DNA from: Hydrolagus colliei
Lineage: Eukaryota
Reading direction: 5' to 3'
DNA: 64,000 bases
Assembly (NCBI GenBank): GCA_035084275.1
Contig: CM068749.1
Span: 16,368,001-16,432,000, forward strand
Shown: piece by piece, positions 11,711 through 24,310 of the stretch
Layout: the number at the start of each line of letters is the position of its first letter
How positions within the stretch are numbered: the stretch's first letter is position 1
Made by a program: the position numbers and the translations under genes
The notes under the pieces: generated by a model
Seen by the model: the letters and a program-made list of their open reading frames with translations, nothing else
The model's database searches: none
Told to the model about the DNA's origin: nothing

Positions 11711-14700
11711 CTAGGAGCACCATACCTGTTAGGGCATTGGCTTGTAGGGTTACTGGGAGCTGAGTGGGAAGAGTTCCCAGTGACTGGTCTGCACTTCCAA
11801 GTCCTGCTGATGAAGCATCGCCAATGCCCTGGAGTTCTACAGACTTACCTAGCTCAGGAATTGGACTAGCTCGACTGTTACAGAGGCTTGGCTCAATTCC
11901 AACATTTCATTCCTAAACATTTCCACTTGGAGCCAGAAAAGCTTCAAGGGGTGCCTGCTTACCTCCCCTCCCACATGAAGAACTTAAAAATAGAAAAAAA
12001 TAGAAGAGGAAATAATGGGAAGTTTCTTCCTTTACTGTTTGATAATATTTCTATAACGGTATTGTGAGAATATTTAGCTGTTGTATTTATTTACATAGGT
12101 TAACTTACTTAAAAAGCTCATATAGTCTAGGAAATTTATATTATATATTACTGGTCATTCTATTGTATTGTAATTGTTCCTAACATTTGTTTCAGTATTT
12201 TTGCTTTTCGATTGTGCCTTCACACCATTGAGTTCAGTTTGTCATTGTTTTATTTTTCCCCCTTCACTGCTATTATAATGAAAGTGAATACATTTGTATG
12301 TTTTATTTTAAAGAAACATATAAAGGTAATCAGTTGCTCATAGGTATAAATAGCCCAGTGTAAACCAAAATGGAAATCCTGCAAGCAGTTTAATTGGTTT
12401 CAGATTTAGGAATAAACATAAATTCAATTGTTCCTGAATGTATACTTTTCTGCATCGATAACTCCTGCAGGCCCACTTGCAGTGCCAGGTTACCACTGAT
12501 GTGGGAATGCTTGTCAGGAAATGCATTCTATAGCTGAAACTTCACTGAATATCTCAATTTGCTGATCTCTTGCAGTTTCCCTCGTAAACCATCATTATTT
12601 CCCTTATAAACCATCAATCTTTTTTATTAAACGATGACATTGTAAGCAAGAACTAAAAGCAACATGCCTTTCAGTGGAATATATTACAGCCAGCATGGTG
12701 CCTAAGTAGTCTTGTCTGGATTTACTAAAAATCATGGTTGGAACGTAGAAATGGTGCTGGGTGGAGTATGGTGGGTAAGAGGGGGGCCACTGGGAGGTAA
12801 CATTCATATGGGGATAAGTTGGTATCTAAAAACATACAAATGTACTGAGAGTGTACTCAGTGAGGGGGGAGGTGGGGAGCTCTGAACCACACACTATTTC
12901 AATTTTGTGTTTTCAAAGAATGAAAAATGCATAAAATGAACACAATTGCCTAAAAAGTTGCACAAATTGAAAAAAGATAAGTTTAAAATTAATCATCCAT
13001 TCTCCAGCGAAACCCAGGGAAAAAATTCCAGCATTTTGAATACATAAAAGATCATTTGCTTGTGGAAAATTGAGGCATGGAATCACCTAGACTCGTTCAG
13101 GAGCTACACACGGGCAGGTTTAGATTTTTCTTTAAGAAATGCTAATCCGCGTTAATTCATTCATTCCAAAATGCAGCTTATTTTGTGTGAATATAAGTGC
13201 CTTCTAAAGCTATTTAACTTATGTCAAAGTTTATTTGGAAGGGCTTATGATTATCCTTAGATGAGAACAGATCAATAGTTCAGTGATGTGCAATTCTGTA
13301 TTGTGACGATTTGAATGAACCGCAGCAGTGAACGCTACATGTAGTGTAACTAATACTTTCAATTTGGTGTTATAAATAAGAATTTACTTTCCAGCTTCAA
13401 GATTTGTGGAGAAATCTTTGCTTTTGGTTGTCAGATCAATAAGGTCTATAATCAAGCACAAAAGGTATTGCGCGCCTCTATTGAAATCACCTAAATTCTC
13501 ATTGATTTTTCTGACATGTAAACCACATGTTTCTCTCAGACATAAATAATCCAGGACCGAGGTACTTGTCACAAAACATTCCTGATATTTCCCATTAGGT
13601 CTTATCAGGTTGATTTCCCTTTCCTAATGAAAACTATCTCACCGTCACTTGAACAGAACGACAAAACAGAACAGTTGAAATAGTCTGCACAAACTATGTG
13701 TAGAAACCAATTGTCTGCAATGTGGCTGTCCTTGGTGGAGAGTGCATCCATGGATAGTGACGCATCAGGTAGAAAGTTTATTTTTCAACAGAGACCATTT
13801 GCCTTTGTCGTTTTCCCTTTAACCGGTGATATCGGTCATCACAGAGGGGAACATTTTAGTGAGACTCTAATTGCACATTGCTCAGGGCACATTTTTGCTC
13901 CTGCACATATATTCCATTATTTTATTTTAAAGGGAAAGAAACCAAGTACAGTCATTTGAAATTAGTTAAATTCATATAACAAATCCAAACTTAGCCAATT
14001 GAAGTCCTATTCCAATTCTGAATTTGGTTTGGTGCTCATTCCTAATGCATAATGACATTACTGCAAAGTACCTGCTTAATTTTACCCTTCAGCAATGTCA
14101 GCAATGTCATTTTGATACCCAGCCTCAGAACTGTTTGCTTCAAATGAATGTATATATATATAAATAACCTGCATAAATATAGTAAGTTAAAAAAATCCTG
14201 CCTTTTAAGCATGCCATGAATATTCACAAAGAAGAATAAATTAGTTGATAGATTGGCTGTAGTCCAAACAGGTGATATTAGTATGAATAAATCTGAGTTT
14301 AAAAATAAGACCAATATTCATTCACATGCATGCTAATTTGTTGCATTCAAAATATTGTAGTAAAATAAACTCTATCTGCAAAAAGGTATGGAGCATAAAT
14401 TAATTTGAGGTGTACGCAGCATTGCCCTGCTGAGATAGATTAATTGCAATCACCTGATAACATAAGCATCTATTTGAGGCATACATTGTAAAATGTATTG
14501 ATAGTGAAGGTCCAAATCAATTTGGCGCCTACTTTTATTTTGTCATTCTAACAATCTGAATGTTTATGTGTGAAGAGGGACAGATTTGTGAACAATAGAG
14601 CATTTGTTACAAGGGAGGTTTAATTCTCTGAACTAAACAGGCTCATTGATTTGTCAGTGCAGGAACACAAGTAGGAAGTACAGCAGTTTAAGGTTTCAGT

Positions 14701-15277
14701 GATATTCTCTGCAGGGTAATATTTTAATTTTGTTTATATGCTGCGTCAGAACATTAACAAGGCATTTAAAATTAGAAGCTGCCGCATTTTAAACTTACTT
14801 GCATCACTTAACTAATTCTAACAATTGGTAAGCTTGTTCAAGGAGAACTTGTTCATTTAAGTAATTGGGTGAATATTTTAATTTGCTAGTCAGAAAGTCA
14901 AAAATTGTATATATTTAAAATGTCTCAGAGTGGTTTACAAATGGTTATGCAATTTGATGTTTTACAAAAATCTCTTGAGCATCACTTATATGAATAATAT
15001 CATCTAAATTCCCTCAATTGTGTAACTGTCTTGTAACTCCTTCTTATGCATTTATCATTGTATTTATTAAAGATATGAAAGTGATTATTTAGTATCTCAC
15101 TGTTCATGGACGTCAGCTTTCTATTGATCACTTAATAGCTTGCAGTTATTAATCATACAGATATACTCCATATATACATCATGTGCAACTATTTATTTTG
15201 CTATTTTTAATGCGTTTATGAAGGCTTATTTGCAATCTTGGATTAGGTTGCAATTCAGGCTACATAACATAAGCTGT

Positions 15278-15440
15278 GGAGTCCTGTAGCTCAGTGATTA
15301 GAGCATTTGCCTTGCAAGCGAGAGATCTGTGTTCAATTCCAGGCAGGGCAAAACCTTGGGTAAATTTCCTTACTCCACATGCCTGATAATAATCCCTAAA
15401 AAAAAACACGAAGATGTGAAAAGCACTATATCAAATGCAA
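15278..15440 (+). mobile_element. tRNA-derived SINE, head joined to tail (body deleted)
   Basis: A box TAGCTCAGTGA and B box GTTCAATTCC, then the A-tract joins directly to GAAGATGTGAAAAGCACTATATCAAATGCAA. Confidence 0.9.
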
Positions 15441-15847
15441 AAATAGAATAGTAAACAGTGTACGAAAGTATTATTTAATAATACATTTAAATATATTCCA
15501 AATATTTACATCTCTGAAAAAGCATTTCAATCTCTGAACTAGCAGTTGTAAAAAGCTTACTAATCTATTGCCACTATATTCACAGGCAAATTAGTGTCAT
15601 CGTGTGATCCATAAAAATAGATATGATGAATTAATAATTCACTTTGCATTTCATAGGACTATTCAATTACATTTTCTAGTGCAAAGCAGTCTGTTCACGT
15701 CTTGTAATCAATAGATTGAGTGTTTTGAATGTACTTTCATCTGATTCAGCTTGTTAGACCAGTTAATTTGTTTACGGGTGACTTTTTTTTCTGATGGTTC
15801 AAGTTGCTGTAGTTTTTAAATTATTTCAAGTACACCTGTGCTTTCAG

Positions 15848-15896
15848 CTCCTTGGCGATGTGAAAGGCACTCTATAATGTAATTTTCTTGTTGTTG
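15848..15896 (+). mobile_element. L2 extreme 3' tail
   Basis: ATGTGAAAGGCACTCTATAATGTAATTTTCTTGTTGTTG matches the tails at 9245-9285 and 62520-62560. Confidence 0.6.
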
Positions 15897-17461
15897 TGCT
15901 GATGTTTCTTTTGTTTGAGAGAAAAACATACGCATTCAATCTGCATCGCAAGGGACTTTGGGGTTCTGTCGCATCAATAACAAAAAAAATTCTTCTGGAT
16001 TCTAAGAGTTTCATTTTTTTTTCTAGAACAGTAAAGGGAAGTTAACAATATTCTTGCGATCAATTTTTTATTTTCAAAACCACTATTAAACTTTCAATGA
16101 GTACTTCAAAGTTTTTTTTTAAATAGCATTTTGAAATTTGGCTATTCTTTTCTTATGTTCTGATGAATTTGCTGTTTGCAAAATGAGAGACATCAGTACT
16201 GGAAAGAGAACACTCACTTTCTGATTGACAATCAGAATTAAGCAGTCTGTCGTCAAACACAATGCAAACCTTGCAGACTACTGGTCCAACAATATGTCCC
16301 ATTCAAAAGTTCAACTTTCAGCATAAGCATAAGATTCAGTTCCACATACACTGCATTTTCATTCTGCGTGAGACTTGCTGATTTATTGCTAAGTGGTGCT
16401 GAGTTACAGGTAGTTTCATTCTGTGAATATGCACCCACTCGGTATGAAGCTATCCAAAAATACTTCAATTAGTCCTCTAAGCAGGCAGAAAGAAGAGACG
16501 TTTTGTCATATCACTCCAGGATAGATTTGACCCCAGGCTTAGAAGTGAAAGATTTGTATTTGTATTCTTACACATGGCACCACTCATGATTTTGCTCAGC
16601 AAACTGAATAGTTGTCACTATAAATTCAGCTAAAATTGGCATTTTTTAAAAAAATACTTGCTTCATTTTCTTAGTGAGGATGGTTTTGTTTGACATTCTT
16701 CACCCAACAAGTTGTTTTTTGTGTGCACATATCTTGCCAGAAAATATCACAAGTGATGTTTGTTCAGTGCTTATTTGGATACAACTTTGAATGCAACAAA
16801 AAGTATAGAAGCAAATGTTGCTCTATGGGCTGAAAACCCATGGGACTAATTTAACATTAATAAGTTGTTAGCGTTTTTCATCTGAGCAGCTGCATGAATG
16901 GTGTATTCTATGATTATCGCTGTCACTTCTGGTAATAAAAAGGAACAAATTTTCGAAGGTATTATTGGTTTTAAACTAATATCTGCACAAACATTCAGCC
17001 TACAGTACTCTGGATTGATTCTGATCAATTTTTACATGGCACCCTGAAACTGATTGAGACAGGTCAGCCATTTGCTTAATACAATATATACCACAAGCCC
17101 AACAGGTTTGATATGCAGTAAATCAATGCAAGACAGCAGACTGTTGTTACAATGCTAGCTCCTCACTCACAGAGGAGAGTGTAAGTAAAGAGTTGCTTTG
17201 GAGTTTCATACTTACATACATAAGTAGAGTTCCAATAACTGGCATCTGAATGCCATTTATTTTGAACGTTAGTGAAGAGCCATTAGGCCTTTTGGTTTTT
17301 CGTTGATGCTAACTTCAAGGGACCACCTGAATCTTAAACCATTTAAATTCCATTATCTTTCAATTACTCAGGCCTACCATGGATCTATTTTGGTAACTTT
17401 ATTGAATGGTAAAGTTATTTTTAGTTCCCCCACTGTAGTAGTCAATGCAGGCTTTATACAG

Positions 17462-17765
17462 TAAGAATATAAGAATATAAGAATCCTTGCATTTGAAATA
17501 GTGCTCTAGACGTCTCAAAGCGCTTTACAGAATATACTGTATAGTGAATTGACTGTATATTTGTGGGCGAAATGCAGCAGCCACTTGCGCATTGCATTGT
17601 TCCACAAACAGTCGTGGATTGAAATGATCAATTTATTATAGAGGTTTTTTTGACGGATTATTATTAGGCATGTGGAGTAAGGAAACTTGCCCAAGGTTTC
17701 ACCCTGCCTGGATTCAAACACAGGTCTCACACTTGTAAGGCGAGTGCTCTAACCCCTGAGCTACA
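17462..17765 (-). mobile_element. Near full-length tRNA-derived SINE
   Basis: Reverse complement aligns by eye along the whole of 32425-32751 (A/B boxes, body, tail). Confidence 0.95.
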
Positions 17766-17771
17766 CGTTCG

Positions 17772-17853
17772 ATTCACTTTACAGTATATTCTGTGAAGTT
17801 CTTTGAGACCTCCAGAAGACGTGAAAAGCGCTATATCAAATGCAAGGATTATT
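17772..17853 (+). mobile_element. SINE 3' fragment abutting the inverted full copy
   Basis: ATTCACTTTACAGTATATTCTGTGAAG...GCGCTATATCAAATGCAAGGATTATT. Confidence 0.92.
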
Positions 17854-18806
17854 AATACAGGACTGCAAAGAACTTTGCTTTCTGCAAAGTTCTGCAAAAG
17901 TGTGGATATGAGCCACATGCTGGGAACTTAAACAAACCCACTGATATTGCTAACCGTAATGTTGCAGGGTATAAGACTAGGTTTGGATAGAGTCAATAAG
18001 GTAGGCTCTTATATTGGTGCTGGCTTGGCATTCTCATGGAGCTCGTTTGATTGCGAGATCTCTGGGTTTTATTCCTAGTGTTGGGAAGTGAGTGGCTGAC
18101 AATAAGGGTGAAGAGTTGGACAGAATGGGTTAATTATCCCGGGAATGGACTATTTAATTCACTGGATCTATGTCACTTTTTACTTTCTGTATAAGTTCAT
18201 TCTCTGCATTGTTACTTCTCTGTGATTGGCTGTTTGTATGGGGATCTGGTATACAGGAGTTTCCCAGGTTTGAAATGTATTGCTGCAACAGTATTTCAAC
18301 AATAAATATTTTGTAGGCTAATAACACTTAAATAACTCCTTTTCACATAGAATATCTCCAATAAACAGAATGAATGGGTCTAACATAACAAAAGCCCTGA
18401 TAAATGGACAGGAGGCTAGCTTCCAGCTCTTCCACAGATTCCAGGATGTATATACTCATCCCTTTGATTTCTTATATATTGCACAATATTGCATATTGTC
18501 GGTCAATATTTTCAAAAACACCACAAAATCTTATAGGCTATCTTCTAGTACCCTGAACAGGTTGAGCCAAAATTACAATGAGATTACCTATTGTGTATGT
18601 GGAGATACCGATCTTTATTCTTTTGAATTGAGGACCACTGTAAATTAATAGGAATACTGGAATATAATATCACCCATGATAATCAACACATCACACACTG
18701 CAATTTTCCCATACCCTCATTAAAAGAAAGATCCTGTTTACATATGGAACATGCCCCAGATTGTTTTAATATCCAGTTGTATGATTAAGATTAGAATTTC
18801 AGATAA

Positions 18807-18892
18807 AAACAACAAACAACAAACAAACAAACAAAACTTACATTTATATAGCGCCTTTCACGTCGAGAGGACGTCCCAAGGCGCTGTACAGT
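18807..18892 (-). mobile_element. L2 3' tail with (AAAC)n microsatellite
   Basis: CATTTATATAGCGCCTTTCACGTCGAGAGGACGTCCCAAGGCGCTG retains CpGs, suggesting a young copy. Confidence 0.85.
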
Positions 18893-19443
18893 TAGGTAGG
18901 ACAAGAGCAGGGTGGGATTGTGCAGAAATAAAAGCAATAGTAGGTTCTGCTGAGTGTTTGTTTTTGTTGTAATATGGATATTACAAAATAAAATCTGAAA
19001 AATCTGTAAAATGTCAAATCTTGCCTTTCAGACATGCGTTTGTTCATGTCATTATAAAGCAGCTTGTATTATTTTTTTAATCTGAATTTATACTGTAATG
19101 AAACTTTTAAAAAATAATTTGCATATTGTACACTCCCGATGTGGGTTTGTGAATCTAAATGCTGGTCACTGGAATGTAAAAGCCAGAGTAAGATTATTAT
19201 TAAAGCTTCTCTTGTCCTGGTTAACTGAACATATTGAGTCTTGATGTCCCACTGGATTTTAGGAGAATGGTAGTGCAGGAAGGATTAGTTTAATTAATAT
19301 CCAAGAAAAGTTGAAATGTTGTCAGGTTTCCTATCACTCCAGTAACAGCTGGAAAGTGGAATAGTAAATAGCTATTTGATTTGTTGGTTGAAAAAATCCT
19401 GGGGCATTATTGGCAGGCAGGAACTGTCCAAGTGAGGAGTGTA

Positions 19444-19520
19444 CATTTCGCTCATAAATATACGATCAATTCACTTTACAATATATATATATATTATAAT
19501 ATATTAGGATTATCAATAAT
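19444..19520 (+). mobile_element. Small SINE fragment with TA-rich expansion
   Basis: CATTTCGCTCATAAATATACGATCAATTCACTTTACA matches the SINE body. Confidence 0.7.
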
Positions 19521-21602
19521 ATTATTATATTTGAATTCTATGGAGTTGAAAAGAGATATAAAAGCGTTTGGGCAGAAAATGAGATGTTCCAAATGTTTCA
19601 TTGGTAATCAGCACTGGGTATGGTAGAGCGGAGCTAAAAAATATTTGTCTACTAATATGGTTTATAATAATTAATCATGTATAGCCTAACACGTGACACA
19701 TATAACCAAGTGTCACATGCACATACATGCAGTCACTCACTCACGTGTTGCATTTGAGGATTTAGGCAAAAATTCTAACAACACAGTGCATGTAGTACTG
19801 TTCAGGACAAGAAACATTTGTCGACATGATGGTGCCAAAGTTTATATTGATCTCAATATACACAGTAGATTTAATATGTTCCTATGCAGGGAAGGGACCT
19901 ACATTTTTTGTCGACTTAAATGGGATGTCAATATAAATGGGTTCAAGATAAGTGGGTAGGACTATATTATTAAAGCGTATTAGCTGTGTGTTTTGTAGGC
20001 TAACAACAGTTTGACACTTAACTTCACATGGGAATATCCCCAATAGCTTGTCATAGACAATAAGGAGAACTGAATAGTGAAGAGAGGAAGAAGAAAGTAA
20101 GTGTTTTGACCAAACATTTTTGTTAAAAAAGGGCCATTTGAAAAACAGGAAAAGAAGAAAAACTACTGAATCACTGAGTTATTCATCAATATCAAACAAT
20201 AGCTCATTTATCCTGTGGTATTTTCTTCATTAATTATTAAGAGACAATAGGCTATGAATTCATCCTCAAGCAAACTACACCATTTGCCCGGGCACATTAA
20301 ACCATTCTGATTCATGGGAAGGTTTAAAGATTTAAAAACTGTTTAAAAAATTTCAGTTGTCGTTTTGCAAATATTAAACTAATGCTGACGCAAAGTTAAT
20401 TATAAATGGAAATCAATAATTCAGGGAGAAATAGACCAGTATGATTACCATAAGAGGCATTAAACAATTTGTGGTATTGTACCTGTCAAATTCATCTCTG
20501 TGTATAATGTACATTGGTAGGCACTGTACTTATAGCTGTATAGAAAGTGATCTGTGTAATAAGCAGTTGGTAGTGTGCAGCCTGAGATAACAATGGTGTA
20601 ATTTAGTTTCCTCCCAAGCACCTCTGGAAAGTTCAAAGTGCACTCATTTGATGTCATGTCCATAACAAGGGAGTCCATAACAAGGGGGAAGTAGATAAAT
20701 GATGTTAGGATGTTGTAGAGCACTCATTATTGAGGAGGTTTCTCATTAGCTGCATAAGATATACAGGAGGTCAGTGACCTACTCAGAGCAGTAAGCCCAA
20801 GTTTCCCTGAGTAAACTGAATAATTTCCAAGGCATAGTTTAATTACTGTAACCCTTTTACTCACCTTCTCCTATTTACAATTAGCTATTGGACAGCCTGC
20901 TCCCAAGAGAAGGGTTGAGGGAATCAAATTATGTCAAAATGTTAAAGATACGGGGAAGATTGTTACAAAGGCATCATGTCATTTGATAAATTAATGGCCC
21001 GTTCTTTTAATGAGGAATGATGTCAGTGAGAAATTTCCTGCAAGAAGTCATTGGGGGCAGTGATTTTTTTACTTAGGCTGGGTATTAGATGCAGTACATA
21101 AAAGCAATTTACAGCAGATGTGGATTCACTATTGATTTACTGTGGATTCTGGCACATGACTGACTCCTGAAATTGCGTGACACGTCACGTAACTCCTGCA
21201 TGCACGTACAGAATGACAGCAGCCTCCTGAGTGTCCTCTGGATTAGTTAGATATTTAATTGTTGCAACATATATTTCTTGAAAGTAATCGTCAGGCATTT
21301 CCTGTGGCAACATGTTCACTGTGTCAGTTGATGTTCTGTGAGGAACATGATCACCGCTGACCGTCTGAAGTCATGAAAATGTCAGGCCAAGGAAGGCAGT
21401 GAGTCAAGGCTGAATGATACAGGATACAATGCTAGACAGGTATTCTGGATGTATGCACTGATTTTAAAAAAAGAACCTTTGCTTGTGGTAATAAATTTGT
21501 AGGATAGAATGCATAATAAAAAAAAAAGGTTGTCTGTTTCCAGGAAGGAGCAGAATTGATCAGTTAAATGGCTTTTTCTTATTCCATCCTTGCTTTTTAT
21601 TC

Positions 21603-21671
21603 AAAGCGCTCTGAGACACCGTCCGGCGTCGTGGAGGGCGCTATATAAATCAAAGTTGTTGTTGTTGTTGT
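21603..21671 (+). mobile_element. L2-type 3' tail with (TTG)n
   Basis: AAAGCGCTCTGAGACACC...GGGCGCTATATAAATCAAAG followed by (TTG)n. Confidence 0.8.
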
Positions 21672-21794
21672 GGAAATGCCTCCTGATAACTAAAGAGGGG
21701 ACTTTGAAATCCAATAGTGACAGTCACCGGGAGACATCTTCTTCCCAGAGGCTCCTGACCCTTCAAAGAAAAGAAAATTGTGAGGTGTTAAAAC

Positions 21795-22028
21795 TGATTC
21801 CTGTCCTTCTTCAAGTGGATGTTGATAAAAATCCCTCGAGGCCACTCGAAATGAGCTTCTTGTGCGATCCGGGCAAATCAACCTCTGGAATAATTGGTCT
21901 TTCACCTCATGACTGCTTGTGGGCCTTTTGCCGGCGTGAATGACTGCTGCATTTGCCTCCAATAGTCATTAGACTCGTGAAGCATTTAGATGCTTCAGCA
22001 TCATAAGGTGCTATAAAAATGCAAGTCC
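21795..22028 (+). mobile_element. Old Deu-domain-type SINE 3' half
   Basis: TCAAGTGGATGTT...AATTGGTCTTTC...GCTTGTGGG...GTGAAGCATTT...GGTGCTATAAAAATGCAAGTC. Confidence 0.65.
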
Positions 22029-23129
22029 TGTCTTGTTTCATACATTGATATGTTGTGGAGTCCAATATTTTTAATCCAGGCAGATATCATCTTGCATGTT
22101 CGACAGTTGGACCCTTAAGCTGCTTGTAATTCACTCTGTTTTCTGTGTGAGGGGCTTTGGCCCCAGTTGATAGGTATCACCATGTCCTGAAAGGCTTTGT
22201 TAAGAATGCAACGTGAATCAACATACGGTAACTAATTTCATCAAGCAACAAAACCGCAAAAAAAAACCTGTCTTCATATGAAGTTTTTCATTTCCACCTC
22301 AGTTGTTGTATTGTATGAACCCCCGTGTTCATTCTGAAATGCACGGCACATCTTCGAGCTTAAACGCTGCTTCACAAGCTTCATTTGTGCTTGGCGAGTG
22401 ATAAGCTCAGGAGCTTTAGCCCAGCAAAATGACTTGCTGAGCACTGCAGCAGCAAATCACTTAAAGACAATTAGCACTTCTAAATATTCCTGATCCTCTT
22501 CTGCATGTTTAATAAGTAGGTACTGTTCGCAAACTATCCAGGTTTCAAAATTCAAAGTTTGGTTGTCTTTGTGCATGACTGGCCATGAAAAATTAGCAGA
22601 TGATTGATCCCGCTGTACTGGGATCTCTTTAATATATGTGGTATTTAAATAGGGAGGCAGTCATTGACTTTGTAATCCCATGTGCAACACTTTGTCCTAT
22701 CATGGTAGGAGAAGGAAAAGTCAAGTAGAGTATTTGTCAGGATGCCATGCTTATCTGCCACTGTCCCTACAGGCATAGGCTGTCAACATTTGTGGCTTCA
22801 AGCTAGTCGGCTTTCTGATATTATTGTACACACTCCCAAGGGAAGAATTGAGAAGGACTTCTGCATTCATCTGAAAGCACAGATTTCAGCTACACTTCAC
22901 AGGCACCTGATTGCCAGAGCCAAACTGACTGACTGAAACATGGTTTGGAATATAGTAACATAAGCATAAAGTAATACGTTTTGTCACCGGCAATCACAGA
23001 CTTAAAAGGCTTCTTCACAGGTGAATAAGCAAAATGAATGATAAATCTGGGGCTTGTTTTCAAATGTTCTGCCTTAGACAAACGGTATGTTTTGCATTGC
23101 AAAACGTGTTCTAAAGACAAGCTCCTCAC

Positions 23130-23233
23130 CTCTACCATCAATTTTGTGTGTACAGGCCATGTAGCATAACCAGGGCGAGAAACACGTATAGCAGCAGAAA
23201 TGAAAAGCTGAAGAGGATCCAAACGTGGTAATC
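23130..23233 (-). CDS. Candidate internal coding exon (unidentified protein)
   Basis: AG...GAG|GTGAGG boundaries, 104 bp, open frame LPRLDPLQLFISAAIRVSRPGYATWPVHTKLMVE, non-repetitive. The acceptor is weak and I recognise no homolog. Confidence 0.2.
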
Positions 23234-24233
23234 CTGTTCTTTAATAAAGTATGAGACAGAAAATGTTTCTGTGATTAATTTTTTTGCCTTAGATCTATTC
23301 CACAGTCCCTTTCATTATTACTGTGAAATCATAGACTATGACTGAATCATTTTTCCCATAAGGAAATTGTTTAACAGGGTGCAGTATAATTTGTAATTCA
23401 ATACATAGTTCAGGTAATCCTTTTAATTAATATTTCTATTGTCAGGTTTCATGTTAACATCTTCACACCCATTAATATGATGTTTTACGTCCAACATTTT
23501 AGATCATTCTCATTTTTTCTCTACTTTGTTATGCACTGTTCCATTTGCTAAGTATAACTAATCATCATAGGTGCTTATGATAAAACCTCAATACGGGAAT
23601 GTAGAGTATAATGCAGTCGTTTGAGTCCAATCTCTGCAGCCTTGCATTGTAACCAAGTACTACCTACCTAAGTGTTTGTCTATCTCTCTTTTAAATGACA
23701 ATTGATTATGCCTTTACAGCTTTCTAGATCTGAGCACTGCACATTCTCACAATCCTCACAATCCTTCCTGCAGTTGTGCTCCAGTTATACTAGAAGAAGA
23801 ATATGACCTTCCAGGTATATTGAAGTTTAATTACCCACACCAAATCACACGAGGGGTTTGGATGAACAAAGCCCTTTAGCCTAATTGATCTCACCTTTCT
23901 GCTTTCACCCATGGTTCAGTTCAACTGCAAAGTCTGTACACTGGAAAGCAAAGTTTCTGCGCAGAACTTGGCTAACCCTATTGAATGCTCCTCAGTTAAC
24001 ATTACAGATTGCAGTGGTGATTGAAATAGCTACTCAAGAAGTCTCACAATTTGCTTTGTGCCAGCGGCAGTAACCCGGAGTTATACAGCAGACTTTGACA
24101 TTGATGTGTTGCAAAAGCTCAATCATCACTGATCACATCAAACATCTCCACGGCACTACAGGACAAAATGTTGGGGAGTGGAGTGGGAGAATGCTTAAGT
24201 TTTTGTAGAAACACACAACACACACATACATAC

Positions 24234-24310
24234 TGGGTTGTTGGGCTGTGGAATGATTTAAAACAAATATGCTTAACCACATTTAAGAGATAATTGGATA
24301 ATTACATGTA
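24234..24310 (+). mobile_element. CR1 ORF2 C-terminal remnant
   Basis: GTTGTTGGGCTGTGGAAT reads VVGLWN and ACCACATTTAAGAGATAATTGGATAATTACATG reads TTFKR*LDNYM. Confidence 0.55.

Noticed and set aside
15278-15350. tRNA-Ala(TGC)-like sequence
   Set aside because: It is a SINE head that continues into SINE body or tail in every copy, not a tRNA gene.
16160-16197. CTGATGA followed by a short stem (possible hammerhead)
   Set aside because: No GAAA follows the stem, so the core is incomplete.
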